NCBI GenBank assembly: GCA_963664435.2
Contig: CAXXKM010000001.1
Location: 448,001 to 512,000 of the forward strand
From: Longimicrobiales bacterium
GTDB taxonomy: Bacteria; Gemmatimonadota; Gemmatimonadetes; Longimicrobiales; Gaopeijiaceae
Direction: 5' to 3'
Length of the DNA stretch: 64,000 nucleotides
Below are positions 41,419 to 52,535 of the stretch, in pieces (within the stretch, counting starts at the first letter, position 1; the number at the start of each line of letters is the position of its first letter). Below the pieces are notes generated by a model, which worked only from the letters and a program-made list of their open reading frames with translations, ran no database searches and was not told the DNA's origin. A program made the position numbers and the translations under genes.

Positions 41419-42717
41419 TCACATTTGACGCTGGCCAAGATCGGCTGCCAGCGCCCGGGCCTGCGCGAGCCGGCCCGCCAGCCCCGGGCGGCTCTCCCAG
41501 TTCGCGGCCACATGGATTCCCGTCGGCAGGCGGAGCCCCTCGAGCGCCGACCAGGACCGGTCCCAGGCCGGCATCGACTGACGCGCGACTGCGACCGGCT
41601 GGGCTTCGAACCTGGTGCATCGGTGGAATTCGGCGGCAGCGAGTTCGCCCAGCGAGTGATCGTCGCTCTCCACGGCACGGCCGTGAGTCGAGCCGCCCAG
41701 GTAGGCGGTATACAAGCCGGTGCGGTCGGCACGCCCCCGCCCGCGGGGTGTCGTCCCGCCTGCACCGAACAGGCTGTGGTTGAAGGTGACGCCCCGCAGG
41801 GGCCTGGATTCCGCGAGCGACATCTGGAAGCCCAACCCCCGGAGAGACGTCTCGGAGCGCAGACACACGACCGCGAGGGGATTGTAGCGCAGGCCGGCGA
41901 TGCGTGACGCGGCCTCGGGGGCGACCTGGCCGAGGAGCGTGGCGGCGGCGCGGGCCGGCACGGTCAGGACGACGTGCTCGGCAGCCAGCGATTCACTGTC
42001 CAGCACCACGTTCCAGCCACCTCTCCCGGGCTCGATCGCCCGCACCGGGGTGCTCAGCCGGATGCGGTCGCCCAGGGTTCCGGCCAGGGCGAACGGCAAG
42101 GTCTGCATCCCGTCCGCAAAGGAGCAGGCCGGGGGCGGACGCAGCCGTCCGCCGCGGGACAGGAACGGGCGCAGGAGGCTCCGCCGGGTTCCCATCGCGC
42201 GCAGCAGACGCCCGAGAGACAGTCCCACCACCATGTCCTTCGGATCGGAGCCGTAGAGCCCGCCGTAGAGGGGCCCGACGACATGCTCATACACCTCCCG
42301 GCCGAGCTTGCGCGTGAAGAACCCCGCCACGCTCTCGTCGTCGCGGGGGCCGGCGGTGAATGGCTCGAGCAGCGTTCTCAGCCTGCCCCGCGAGCTCACG
42401 GCGTCCGATGCGAGAAAGCCGCCGAGCGAGAGCGGCACCCGCCGGAGGCGGGCGTCCCGGCAGATGAAGAAGTCGAGGTCCGGCGGGGCGAGAAGAAGCT
42501 GGTCACCAAGGCCCAGATCGTGTGTCAGGCCCGCGAAGAGGTCGCTGAGGCGTGCCCGCTGTGGTCCCCAATCCAGCAGCAACCCATCCTTGCGCTCGCT
42601 GCGGATCACTCCCCCCGGCTCATCTGCGGCTTCCAGCACCACGAACTCGCGGTTCCGCAACGCCAGCTCACGGCCCAGGGCGAGACCGGTGATGCCGCCT
42701 CCGACGATCGCGATCAA
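41419..42717 (-). CDS. hemY: Coproporphyrinogen/protoporphyrinogen oxidase (HemY/CgoX)
   Basis: IAIVGGGITGL FAD motif, PGGVIRS, GLYGSDP, FADGMQTLP; TTG start overlaps the hemH TGA. Confidence 0.88.
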   Translation of the reverse strand: MIAIVGGGITGLALGRELALRNREFVVLEAADEPGGVIRSERKDGLLLDWGPQRARLSDLFAGLTHDLGLGDQLLLAPPDLDFFICRDARLRRVPLSLGGFLASDAVSSRGRLRTLLEPFTAGPRDDESVAGFFTRKLGREVYEHVVGPLYGGLYGSDPKDMVVGLSLGRLLRAMGTRRSLLRPFLSRGGRLRPPPACSFADGMQTLPFALAGTLGDRIRLSTPVRAIEPGRGGWNVVLDSESLAAEHVVLTVPARAAATLLGQVAPEAASRIAGLRYNPLAVVCLRSETSLRGLGFQMSLAESRPLRGVTFNHSLFGAGGTTPRGRGRADRTGLYTAYLGGSTHGRAVESDDHSLGELAAAEFHRCTRFEAQPVAVARQSMPAWDRSWSALEGLRLPTGIHVAANWESRPGLAGRLAQARALAADLGQRQM

Positions 42718-43889
42718 GGGGGGAGTTCGGGGCTCGGGCTGGAGGACCGGCTCGGGCTGGAGGACGGCCTCGAGCTGGAGGCCGGACCCGGCCTGCAGGC
42801 GGGGCTCGATTCGGGGTCGGGGTGCGGCCCGATGTACGGGCTTGGAGGGAGATCGCGCGCGCCGTTGGTGCACCAGGTGCCGGGAACCGGCCGGCATCGA
42901 CAGGACGCCAGCGGCACCTCCTCCACCCAGGACTGGCCAAGAGCCTGGCCCACCAGGTCGACCAGCACACCGGCGAAGCGGGGATCGCCGTGCGGGACCG
43001 GGACCCGGTACATCTCCTTGCCCAGCTCCTCGACCTCCGCCCGCAGCTCGCGGTCAAGTTCGTCGAGGGTCTCCGACTGCTCGTGGATGAAGCTGACGGC
43101 ATCCACCACCAGGCGCCGCTCCGCGAGCGTCCGGATGCGCTCTTCATTGTCCGGTCGGGTCCAGGCGATGCGCCGGTTGGTGTGGTTCTGGAAACCGACG
43201 GCGAACCGGTCGCCGACCCCCAGGGCAGTGGCGATGTCCCGGCAGTGCTCTTCCACGTAGCGGTCGTAGCGGTTGCCCTCCGTGACGTACTTCACGGGCG
43301 TGCCGTGGGCGGAGAAATAGAGGATCGTCCCGGGGTCCCGGAGATCGAGCTCCTGCTCGCGGACGAACGAACGGATGTGCTCCGCGCGCATCGCCAGATA
43401 GGCCGGATGCCGATGCCAGCCGGCGACTGCGATGAAGGGCACCGCCCAGTCCAGCTCTTCGAGGGCGTCCCGAACCGAGTCCAGGGCGGCGACCGTCGTC
43501 GACTGGCCACACATCGGGTAGACGGGCAGTCCAACCAGAACATCCGCGCGCTCGTCACGCGCCCGCGCCACGCCTTCGTCGATGAAGGGAGGCGTGAACT
43601 GGAAGACGGCGTGGACCTGCGCGTCCACGTCGCGAGCCACGAACTCCTCGCCCAGCGCCTCTGCCTGGGCGCGGGCCTGTTCTTCCAGGGGAGACCCGCC
43701 GATCGCCTGGTACGCTTCCATCAGCTGAGGCGCGCGGTCGGCTGCCAGCTGGGCAGCGCGCGCCCGGGCGGCCCGGTCGGCTTCAAGGTCGGCGTTCTGG
43801 AGGAAGATGCGCTCCAGGAAGGGCGTGACCTGCTCCAGCACGGGCTCTGCCGGTTCGCCGAAGTTGATCAGGAGGACGGCGATTCTCAC
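42714..43889 (-). CDS. hemH: Ferrochelatase (coproporphyrin/protoporphyrin)
   Basis: VLLINFGEP, IGGSPL, FSAHGTP, SFIHEQSETLDELD; C-terminal CxC-x7-C. Confidence 0.92.
   Translation of the reverse strand: MRIAVLLINFGEPAEPVLEQVTPFLERIFLQNADLEADRAARARAAQLAADRAPQLMEAYQAIGGSPLEEQARAQAEALGEEFVARDVDAQVHAVFQFTPPFIDEGVARARDERADVLVGLPVYPMCGQSTTVAALDSVRDALEELDWAVPFIAVAGWHRHPAYLAMRAEHIRSFVREQELDLRDPGTILYFSAHGTPVKYVTEGNRYDRYVEEHCRDIATALGVGDRFAVGFQNHTNRRIAWTRPDNEERIRTLAERRLVVDAVSFIHEQSETLDELDRELRAEVEELGKEMYRVPVPHGDPRFAGVLVDLVGQALGQSWVEEVPLASCRCRPVPGTWCTNGARDLPPSPYIGPHPDPESSPACRPGPASSSRPSSSPSRSSSPSPELPP
42731..42784. repeat. 3 x 18-bp tandem repeat in the hemH C-terminal tail
   Basis: GGCTCGGGCTGGAGGACC / GGCTCGGGCTGGAGGACG / GCCTCGAGCTGGAGGCCG. 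Confidence 0.85.
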
Positions 43890-43994
43890 GACATCACCTC
43901 CTGTGGCATCTCCGAGCGGCCGTGCGAACCCCGCGGGGCGCCGGGAGGCTCGAGCGGGATGCGCCGTCGGAGGATGGCCGGGTTGCCATGGGCT

Positions 43995-45040
43995 CTAACC
44001 CGGGCCCGCGCGGGTGCGCTCGTGCACATGGTCGACAAGGCGCGCCACCTGGCCGGGGTCGGTGCGGCGGTCGATGCCATGCCCCAGGCTGAAGATGTGG
44101 CCCGCCAGCCCCTCGGCGTCCGCCAATACGGCATCGGCGGCGGCCAGCAGCGCCTCCGGCGGCCCGAAGAGTTCGGCCGGATCGAGGTTGCCCTGCAGGG
44201 CTCGCCCGCCGCCCAGCCGCGCATCGGCACGGTGCAGCGGCAGCGTCCAGTCGACGGCGAAAACGTCCATGTCGAGGTCCCGCATGCTACTGAGCAGCGC
44301 CCCTCCCCGGTTGGGGAAGTAGATGACCGGACAGTCGGTTCCGGCGCGCACCGTGGCAAAGGCCTCCTTCAGGACCGGATGGACGAAACGCCGGTAGCTC
44401 TCCCGACCGAGCATGCCGACCCAGGAGTCGAATAGCATGACGGCGTCGGCGCCGGCCCCCGCCTGGGCCACCAGATAGCGGGCCATCGACCGCCCCAGCG
44501 TCCTGAGCAGCGCCTGCGATGCTTCCGGTTCCCGGCGCAGGAAGCTGCGCGCGGTCATGAAGTCCTTGGAGCCACCGCCTTCGACCAGATAGCAGAAGAG
44601 CGTGAAGGGTGCGCCGGCGAAGCCGATGAGCGCAGCCTCCGGGCGGAGTTCCGACCGAACGGCGCGAATGGCTTCCAGCACGAAGGGCACGTCTGCCTCG
44701 GGCACCAGCTCCCGGACCGCGCGCGCCCTCTCCGGAGTGCGCACCGGCTCGGGGAGGACGGGGCCGGGCTTGAAGTCCACGCTGACGCCCATGGGGTCCA
44801 GCGGGGTCATGATGTCGCTGAAGAGGATCGAGGCGTCCATCTCGAAGCGCTGCATCGGCTGCAGCGTGATGCGGGCCGCGATCTCGGGGGTCCGGGTAGC
44901 CGTGACGAAGTCGACCGTTCGCCGCAGCTTGCGGTATTCCGGGAGGTAGCGTCCGGCCTGGCGCATGATCCACACGGGCGTGTGCGGCACGGGCAGACCG
45001 CGGGCGGCGCGCTCGAAGACGGTGGAGGTGTCGGATGCGT

Positions 45041-45044
<4 letters not shown>
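43995..45044 (-). CDS. hemE: Uroporphyrinogen decarboxylase
   Basis: PVWIMRQAGRYLPEY, ILFSDI, GFAGAPFTL, LQGNLDP, LGHGI; ATGA overlap with hemL. Confidence 0.95.
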
Positions 45045-46383
<1,339 letters not shown>

Positions 46384-46387
<4 letters not shown>

Positions 46388-47274
46388 GGGCAGGCTCCCG
46401 AATGGCGTGCGGTGATGCGCCCGGGGCCGGGGCTGCCGAACAGCTCCACCAGCGCCTCGACCACGCCCTCCAGCGTGGCGGCAGCCGCCACCCGGACATC
46501 CGCGACTCCCCGCCGCTCCAGCGCCGCGGCGGTGGTGGGGCCGATGCACGCCACGGCGATCCCGGTCAGCGCCCGGGCGAGCTCACCGGCATGCGCGGGG
46601 TGGGCGGGCCCACGCGGCGCGGGATCCCCACCCAGCGCGCGGTCGACCGCTTCCACCGCCGAAGGGCTCGCGAAGGTCACCGCGTCCACCCCGGCGGCCA
46701 GGTCGGCGCGCACCCGCTCGGCGGGGGGCGGCGTCACCACCGTGCGGTAGGCCTCCACCCGGGTGACGCGGGCCCCCAGCGCGGTGAACTCCTCCTCCAG
46801 GGTGGGGCCAGCCCCCGAGGCGGCCGGAAAGAGCACGCGCGCGCCCGCAACCGGGAAGGTCGCGGCAACCCGGGCGGCCAGGCCGCGCGCGCCCGGCCCG
46901 CGCCCCTCCACCGCAACCGTCCAACCCGCCTCGGTGGCGGCGCGGGCGGTGGCGGGACCCACCGCGGCGACCCGGGGGGTGGGGGGGCCACCAGCAGCCG
47001 GCGCCATGGTCGCCCGCCCCTCCCCAACCGCCGCCACCGCGCGCGCGCTCGTAAATACCACCCAGTCGAACCGGTCGAGGCGCGCGAGCGCGGCTTCCAG
47101 GGGGGAGGGATCGCGGGGCGGGGGGTATTCGGAGGTGGGCCACGCCAGCACGCGCGCCCCCGCCATCTCGAGCAGAGCGCGCAGCCGGTCTTCTCCGGAC
47201 GCGCTGCGCGTCGTCACCACCCGCACGCCCGCGAGCGGCGGCGCGACCGGAACCGAGTCTCCCATGCGCCCCAT
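46384..47274 (-). CDS. hemD: Uroporphyrinogen-III synthase
   Basis: RVVTTR, DWVVFTS, AVGPATA, AYRT, FASPSAV, CIGPTTA. Confidence 0.9.
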
Positions 47275-47301
47275 CGCCCTGTCCCCAGGTGTCGAGTCAC
47301 C

Positions 47302-48009
47302 CTATCCCAGCGTGTCCAGCCACTCTTCGGGGCTCGTGAAGATCCCCGTGTGCAGCGGCGCGTCGCTCGCGGTGTAGCGCCTGCCCTCGGTGCCCCGCAA
47401 CTCGTGCACGAGCCGGGAGAAGAGCCGCAGATCATCCATCTCGTACACGACCACGAACTCCTGATCCTGGAGCCCGAACGAATACAGGAGCAGCTGCTTG
47501 ATGCGCCGGAACTGCTTCCCGATGCGGATGTGCTCGTTCATCATCCCCTGGCGCGTCTCCCGCCCGAAGAGATACCAGTCCGCCGTCTTGGTGAACGGGT
47601 AAACGACCAGGTACCGCCTGCGCTCCTCGGCGAAGGAATCGACCTCCTGGGCCGAGCGCGCCTTGCTGTACTCGGAGGGCCGCGTGTAGCCCCAGAGCGT
47701 GTTCACGGGCTCGACGATGTCCCGGTGCCGGCTCTCCGCCGCTGCCCGGCGCATGAAGTAGCGAGCCCCCGCCTCATCCTCCTCCGCGCGCACGGAACTC
47801 CACACCAGCACGTCGGCTCCCGCCTCGAGCCCCTGCAGCAGATAGGGATGGGCCAGGTCCGCAGCGGCGCGCACATCCTCGAACCACGCGCGGGCCCGCG
47901 CGCGCCTGTGAGCGCCTTCCATCTCCCAGAACCGCGCTGTGAAACGGTAGTTGGCGAAGTGCCCGAGCACGGTCGGGCGCATCTTGCCGGTTCCCTCGCT
48001 GTCGCTCAC
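47302..48009 (-). CDS. chdC: Coproheme decarboxylase (ChdC/HemQ, chlorite dismutase family)
   Basis: YPFTK motif (catalytic Tyr and Lys of ChdC), proximal His in MNEHIRIG, SFGLQDQEF; first gene of the hem operon. Confidence 0.82.
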   Translation of the reverse strand: MSDSEGTGKMRPTVLGHFANYRFTARFWEMEGAHRRARARAWFEDVRAAADLAHPYLLQGLEAGADVLVWSSVRAEEDEAGARYFMRRAAAESRHRDIVEPVNTLWGYTRPSEYSKARSAQEVDSFAEERRRYLVVYPFTKTADWYLFGRETRQGMMNEHIRIGKQFRRIKQLLLYSFGLQDQEFVVVYEMDDLRLFSRLVHELRGTEGRRYTASDAPLHTGIFTSPEEWLDTLG

Positions 48010-48077
48010 TCCTCTTCCTCGCTGATGCCGATGTCGGATCCCGCGCCGACGAACTGATGTCTCATGACAATAATACT

Positions 48078-48093
48078 GTTATCTACTGATAAC
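48078..48093. promoter_or_regulatory. Palindromic operator upstream of the heme operon
   Basis: GTTATC-TACT-GATAAC next to a minus-strand TATTAT -10-like box, in an AT-rich intergenic tract. Confidence 0.5.
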
Positions 48094-48108
48094 TTGCTCC
48101 GTTCGCGC

Positions 48109-49257
48109 CTACGACTTTGGAATCTGCTTGCCAGGGTCCACGAAGGGCCTCCGCACGACCGTGGCGTCCCGTTCACCGTCAAGGGTGGAAACGCGGAGGT
48201 GCGTGCCCAGCTCTCCGGAGGCCGCCGGCACCATTGCGTAACCGATGTTGCGGCCAAGGCGCGGCGAATGCACCGCCGACGTCACGAAGCCGATTTCCCG
48301 TCCGTCCCGCCGCACGGGCCAGCGCGTCATGTTGAGGTCGAGCGGGGCGCCCGAAATCTCGACTCCGGCAAGCAGCCGCGCCGGGCCCTCCGCGGCGATG
48401 CGGGCCAGCGCCTCGCGGCCGATGAAGTCGCCCTCCTGGCCGTGGTCCACCTGCCATCCGAGCCCGACCTCGTAGGGGTTGTTCTCCAGCGTCATGTCGA
48501 TGCCGTAGTTGAGGATGCCGGCCTCGATGCGGCGGATGTCCGAGGGCCCGGTGGGGGAAATCCCGAGATCGCGTCCTGCTTCCATCACGCGGTCCCAGAG
48601 TTCCATCCCCCGGCTGCCGTCCCGCAGGTAGATTTCATAGCCGACCTCGCCGCTCCACCCGGTGCGCGTCACAACCACCGGAATCCCGTCCAGGTCGGTG
48701 TCGGCGAACCAATAGTAACGCAACCCGCTCACCTCGTCCCCGAAGAGCCTGCGGATGACTTCCTTCGACTTCGGACCCTGCACCTGCATGGGCGACACAT
48801 CCGGCTCGCAGAGCTCGACATCGAGCCCGGAGTTGAGGGCGACTCCCTTCGCCCACAGCAGGACGTCGCTGTCCGCCAGCGCCAGCCAGAAGTGGTTCTC
48901 GCCCAGGCGCAGGAGCACCGGGTCGTTCACGATGCCGTCGTCCTCCGCGGTGATCAGGACGTACTTGCCCTGGCCGACGGCGCACCTGGAGAGGTCGCGC
49001 GGCGTGAGCAGGTTGGTGAACTCGAAGGCGTCCGGGCCGGTGATTTCGACCTGCCGCTCCACGCTCACGTCCCACACCGTGACCCCGGTGAGCAGCTTCT
49101 CGTACTCCGCGTGCAGGTCGTCGTACCGGGTGGGGAGGAACATGTGGTTGTAGACCGTATAGCTCCGGCACCCCGCGCGCAGGGTGGACTCGAAATAGGG
49201 CGATCTGCGCAGCCGGGCGCCGCGCTGGATCAGGGCCATGTCGAAGGTCGGGGACAT
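48109..49257 (-). CDS. GcvT-family aminomethyltransferase, DmdA-related clade
   Basis: LRRSPY, YTVYNHMFLP, WDVSVERQVEITGPDA, NDPVLLRL, TRTGWSGEVGYEIY, RRIEAG. Confidence 0.85.
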   Translation of the reverse strand: MSPTFDMALIQRGARLRRSPYFESTLRAGCRSYTVYNHMFLPTRYDDLHAEYEKLLTGVTVWDVSVERQVEITGPDAFEFTNLLTPRDLSRCAVGQGKYVLITAEDDGIVNDPVLLRLGENHFWLALADSDVLLWAKGVALNSGLDVELCEPDVSPMQVQGPKSKEVIRRLFGDEVSGLRYYWFADTDLDGIPVVVTRTGWSGEVGYEIYLRDGSRGMELWDRVMEAGRDLGISPTGPSDIRRIEAGILNYGIDMTLENNPYEVGLGWQVDHGQEGDFIGREALARIAAEGPARLLAGVEISGAPLDLNMTRWPVRRDGREIGFVTSAVHSPRLGRNIGYAMVPAASGELGTHLRVSTLDGERDATVVRRPFVDPGKQIPKS

Positions 49258-49318
49258 GAAGTTGGCTCCTCGGGCAGGTTTCAGGTCAGGTGTGGGCGAC
49301 TGGGGCGGGCTGCGCCGT

Positions 49319-50929
49319 TCACGTCTGGTCCCGCCCGCCCAAACGCGCGCCCAGCTTCCTGTCGCGCAAGATCTCGCGTGCGGCAAGCCGGCCCGCGCCG
49401 CCCGTGACTCCGCCTCCCGGATGGGTGCCCGAACCGCACAGGAACAGGCGTTCCACCGGTGTCCGGTACCGGCCCCATCCGGGGACCGGGCGCATGAACA
49501 GAAGCTGGTCGAGGCCCATCTGTCCGTGGTATTCGTCGCCGCCCGTAAGGCCGAGTTCGGTCTCGAAGTCGACCGGGGTGAGCAGGCGGTGGTCGACGAT
49601 CCGTGCGCGCAGGCCGGGAAGGAACTCCTCGAGCACATCGAGCGCGGAAGAGCGCAGCGCGTCGCGGATCGCGCCGTCCTCCCAGCTGCGGGAGCGCAGC
49701 CGCCAGGGGGCGTAGCGGATCTGGATGGAGGCCAAGTGGCGGCCTTCGGGCGCAAGGGTGGGATCGTGCAGCGTCGGAACCACCATGTCGAGATGCGGGC
49801 GCGCGGAGCAGCGACCGTACTTGGCGTCGTCGGCGGCCCGCTCCAGGTACTCGAGGTCCGGGGCCACCAGCGTGTGACCGGACAGCCGTTCCGCGGCGTC
49901 CGGGAGGGGCGGAAGCCCGTCGAGCAGCAGGTGCAGCGAGGCGGTGGTTCCGCTCAGCCGGATGTTCGTCACCTTGCGGTTGAACTCGGGGCCCAGCCGG
50001 GGCGCACCCACCAGCCCGAAGAAGGTGCGGCGCGGATCGACGCCCGAGACCACGCAGCTGGCCCGAATCTCCTCTCCGCCGGCCAGCAGCACGCCGGTAG
50101 CGACGCCGTCCTCCATGAGGATGCTCTCCACTTCGGCGTCGGTGCGAACCTCCGCTCCATGGCTGCGCGCGGCCGCCTCCAGCGCCTCGGAGAGCACGCC
50201 CACGCCGCCCTTGACGAAGACCGAGGAGCGAAAACCGCAGGCTTCGGTCCCGGTTGCGTGGTAGACCATGCGGAAGGCGCCGCCCATGGCGCTCGGACCC
50301 TGGCGCGCACCCAGCAGGCCGGTCGTGCCCAGCATCCCCTTGAGTGCATCGCCCGCGAACCAGTCGTCGAGGAGGTCGCGTGCCGACATCGGAAGCACGC
50401 GCAGCAGCTCCACGACCGTGCGTTTGCCGAGCCGGCCGGCGCGCAGGAGGGGACGGAGCAGGCGCAGGCGGCCCCGGGCGGACGCGTCCTGAAGAACCGG
50501 GGGCGCGTGGTCCAGCGCGACCCGCAGCACCCGCGCCATCGAGCGCAGGTAGTCGGTCCAGTCGGGAAAGCGCGCCGCGTCCGCCCGACCGTGGTGCGCG
50601 ATCTCGTCGCGTGTGCGTCCGGGATTGCGCCAGAGCGTCAGCGCGTCTCCGCCACCGGTGAGCGACGTCGCCACCGCGGGGGGATGCACCCACTCGAGCC
50701 CGCGGGCCTCGAGACCGAGGTCGGCGACGATCTCGCGCCGAAAGAGGCCCGCGTCCTGTGCGGCCAGGTTGACCCGGCAGCCCGGGAAGACTTCCTCGGT
50801 GGCCGCCGCGCCCCCGACGACGCCGCGGCGCTCGAGCACCAGCACCTCCCACCCCTCGCGGGCGAGCAGTGCGGCGGCTACCAGGGCGTTGTGCCCCGCG
50901 CCCACAACGACCGCGTCGTAGCCGCTCAC
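49319..50929 (-). CDS. Phytoene-desaturase-like FAD oxidoreductase
   Basis: VVVGAGHNAL, GGAAATEE, DPTLAPEGRH, LFLCGSGTHPGGG; GTG start overlaps the upstream stop. Confidence 0.85.
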   Translation of the reverse strand: MSGYDAVVVGAGHNALVAAALLAREGWEVLVLERRGVVGGAAATEEVFPGCRVNLAAQDAGLFRREIVADLGLEARGLEWVHPPAVATSLTGGGDALTLWRNPGRTRDEIAHHGRADAARFPDWTDYLRSMARVLRVALDHAPPVLQDASARGRLRLLRPLLRAGRLGKRTVVELLRVLPMSARDLLDDWFAGDALKGMLGTTGLLGARQGPSAMGGAFRMVYHATGTEACGFRSSVFVKGGVGVLSEALEAAARSHGAEVRTDAEVESILMEDGVATGVLLAGGEEIRASCVVSGVDPRRTFFGLVGAPRLGPEFNRKVTNIRLSGTTASLHLLLDGLPPLPDAAERLSGHTLVAPDLEYLERAADDAKYGRCSARPHLDMVVPTLHDPTLAPEGRHLASIQIRYAPWRLRSRSWEDGAIRDALRSSALDVLEEFLPGLRARIVDHRLLTPVDFETELGLTGGDEYHGQMGLDQLLFMRPVPGWGRYRTPVERLFLCGSGTHPGGGVTGGAGRLAAREILRDRKLGARLGGRDQT

Positions 50930-52530
50930 CGTCCCCTCCCCCGCCGTCCCCTCCCCAGGTCGGCGAGCACGGTGCCGGCCGCAAGCTTGCCCGGGGCACC
51001 CATGATGCCGCCGCCGGGGTGGGTCCCCGAGCCGCACTGGTAGTAGCCCCGCACCGGCGTGCGGTACTTCGCGTACCCGGCGGCCGGCCGCAGGAAGAAG
51101 AGCTGCGACGGGCTCAGCTCACCCTGGAAGATGTTGCCCTGCGAAAGCCCCGTGGTGCGCTCGATGTCCAGCGGCGTGAGCACCTGACGGTGCAGGATGA
51201 TGTCCTTCAGGTTCGGGACGTAGCGGGCCAGCGTGTCGACCACGGTGTCGCCGAAGGCCTCGCGCCTGTCGTCCCAGTTCCCCTCGCGCAACTCGTAGGG
51301 CGCGTACTGGACGAAGCACGACATGACGTGCTTTCCGGGAGGGGCCATTCCGGGATCGATCGCCGAGGGGATGACGATGTCGATGTAGGGCTCCTTCGAG
51401 AAGTCCCCGTACTTCGCGTCGTCGTACGCGCGCTCCAGGTAGTCGAGGGAGGGGCTGATGGAGACGGCGCCGCGCAGATGGGGGCCGTGGCCGGGCATGC
51501 AGGAGAAGTCGGGGGCGGCGTCGAGCGCCAGGTTGACCTTGCCGGACGAGCCACGGAAGCGGAAGGCGCGCACGGCGCGGAGGAGCTCGCCGGGGAGTTC
51601 GTGCTCTTCGACCAGGTCGAGGAAGGTGCGCCGGGGGTCGAGGCTGGAGGAGACGACCTTCCCGTGCACCTCGTCCCCGCTGGCGAGCGCCACGCCGGTG
51701 ACGCGTCCGTTCCGGACGAGCACCCGGGCGACCGGCGCGTCGGTGCGGATTTCGGCGCCGGCCTCGCGCGCGGCCGAAGCGATCGCCTCCGCCACCGCCC
51801 CGGTCCCGCCCCTGGCGAAGCCCCACGCGCGGAAGTGCCCGTCGATCTCCCCCATGTAGTGGTGGAGCAGCACGTAGGCGGTGCCCGGCGAGCGGGGGCC
51901 CAGGAAGGTCCCGATGATGCCGCTCGCCGAGAGGGTGGCCTTGAGCACGTCGGTCTCGAACCACTCGTCGAGGAAATCCGCCGCGCTCATGGTCATCAGC
52001 TTCACCAGCAGGTGCAGCTGTTCGGGATCCAGCCCCAAGAAGTGCCGGGCCAGCCCGATCAGGCCGGAGATGTCGCGAGGGCCGAGGCGCGCGGGGTCGG
52101 GCGGTACGATGTCGAGCAGGTACTTCACCGCGCGCGCCATGAAGAAGAGCGACCGACCGTAGTCGTCGTAGGCCTCGGCGTCGCGCACGGAGAAGCGCGC
52201 GATCTCGCGCCAGCTGCGGTAGTGATCGCCGTCGCGGTAGAGGCGGTCGCCGTCCGGGAGCGGGGTGAGCGTGCTCTCGAGCGGCAGAATGGTGAGCCCG
52301 TGGCGGGGCAGATCCAGCTCACGGATGATCTCCGGGCGCATCAGGCTGACCACGTACGAGAAGACGCTGTAGCGGAAGCCCGGGAAGATCTCCTCGGTGA
52401 CGGTGGCGCCCCCCACCATCGGCCGCGCCTCCAGCACGCACACGTCCAGCCCGGCGCGCGCCAGGTAGGCCGCGTGCACCAGGCCGTTGTGCCCGCCACC
52501 GATCACGATCGCGTCGTAGCTGCGCGCCAT
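50926..52530 (-). CDS. Phytoene-desaturase-like FAD oxidoreductase
   Basis: IVIGGGHNGL, GGATVTEE, LLHHYMGEIDG, GNIFQGEL, YQCGSGTHPGGG. Confidence 0.88.
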   Translation of the reverse strand: MARSYDAIVIGGGHNGLVHAAYLARAGLDVCVLEARPMVGGATVTEEIFPGFRYSVFSYVVSLMRPEIIRELDLPRHGLTILPLESTLTPLPDGDRLYRDGDHYRSWREIARFSVRDAEAYDDYGRSLFFMARAVKYLLDIVPPDPARLGPRDISGLIGLARHFLGLDPEQLHLLVKLMTMSAADFLDEWFETDVLKATLSASGIIGTFLGPRSPGTAYVLLHHYMGEIDGHFRAWGFARGGTGAVAEAIASAAREAGAEIRTDAPVARVLVRNGRVTGVALASGDEVHGKVVSSSLDPRRTFLDLVEEHELPGELLRAVRAFRFRGSSGKVNLALDAAPDFSCMPGHGPHLRGAVSISPSLDYLERAYDDAKYGDFSKEPYIDIVIPSAIDPGMAPPGKHVMSCFVQYAPYELREGNWDDRREAFGDTVVDTLARYVPNLKDIILHRQVLTPLDIERTTGLSQGNIFQGELSPSQLFFLRPAAGYAKYRTPVRGYYQCGSGTHPGGGIMGAPGKLAAGTVLADLGRGRRGRGR

Positions 52531-52535
52531 CGGCC

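Noticed and set aside
42718..42897. Long N-terminal extension of HemY
   Set aside because: It overlaps hemH; a TTG overlapping the hemH stop directly precedes the FAD motif
47302..48009. Chlorite dismutase
   Set aside because: The hem operon context and the YPFTK motif favour coproheme decarboxylase
48109..49257. Naming it dmdA or gcvT
   Set aside because: Motifs place it only in the family; orthology needs a phylogeny
49319..52530. Carotenoid biosynthesis (crtI)
   Set aside because: No crtB, crtE or crtY nearby; the context is GcvT-like demethylases
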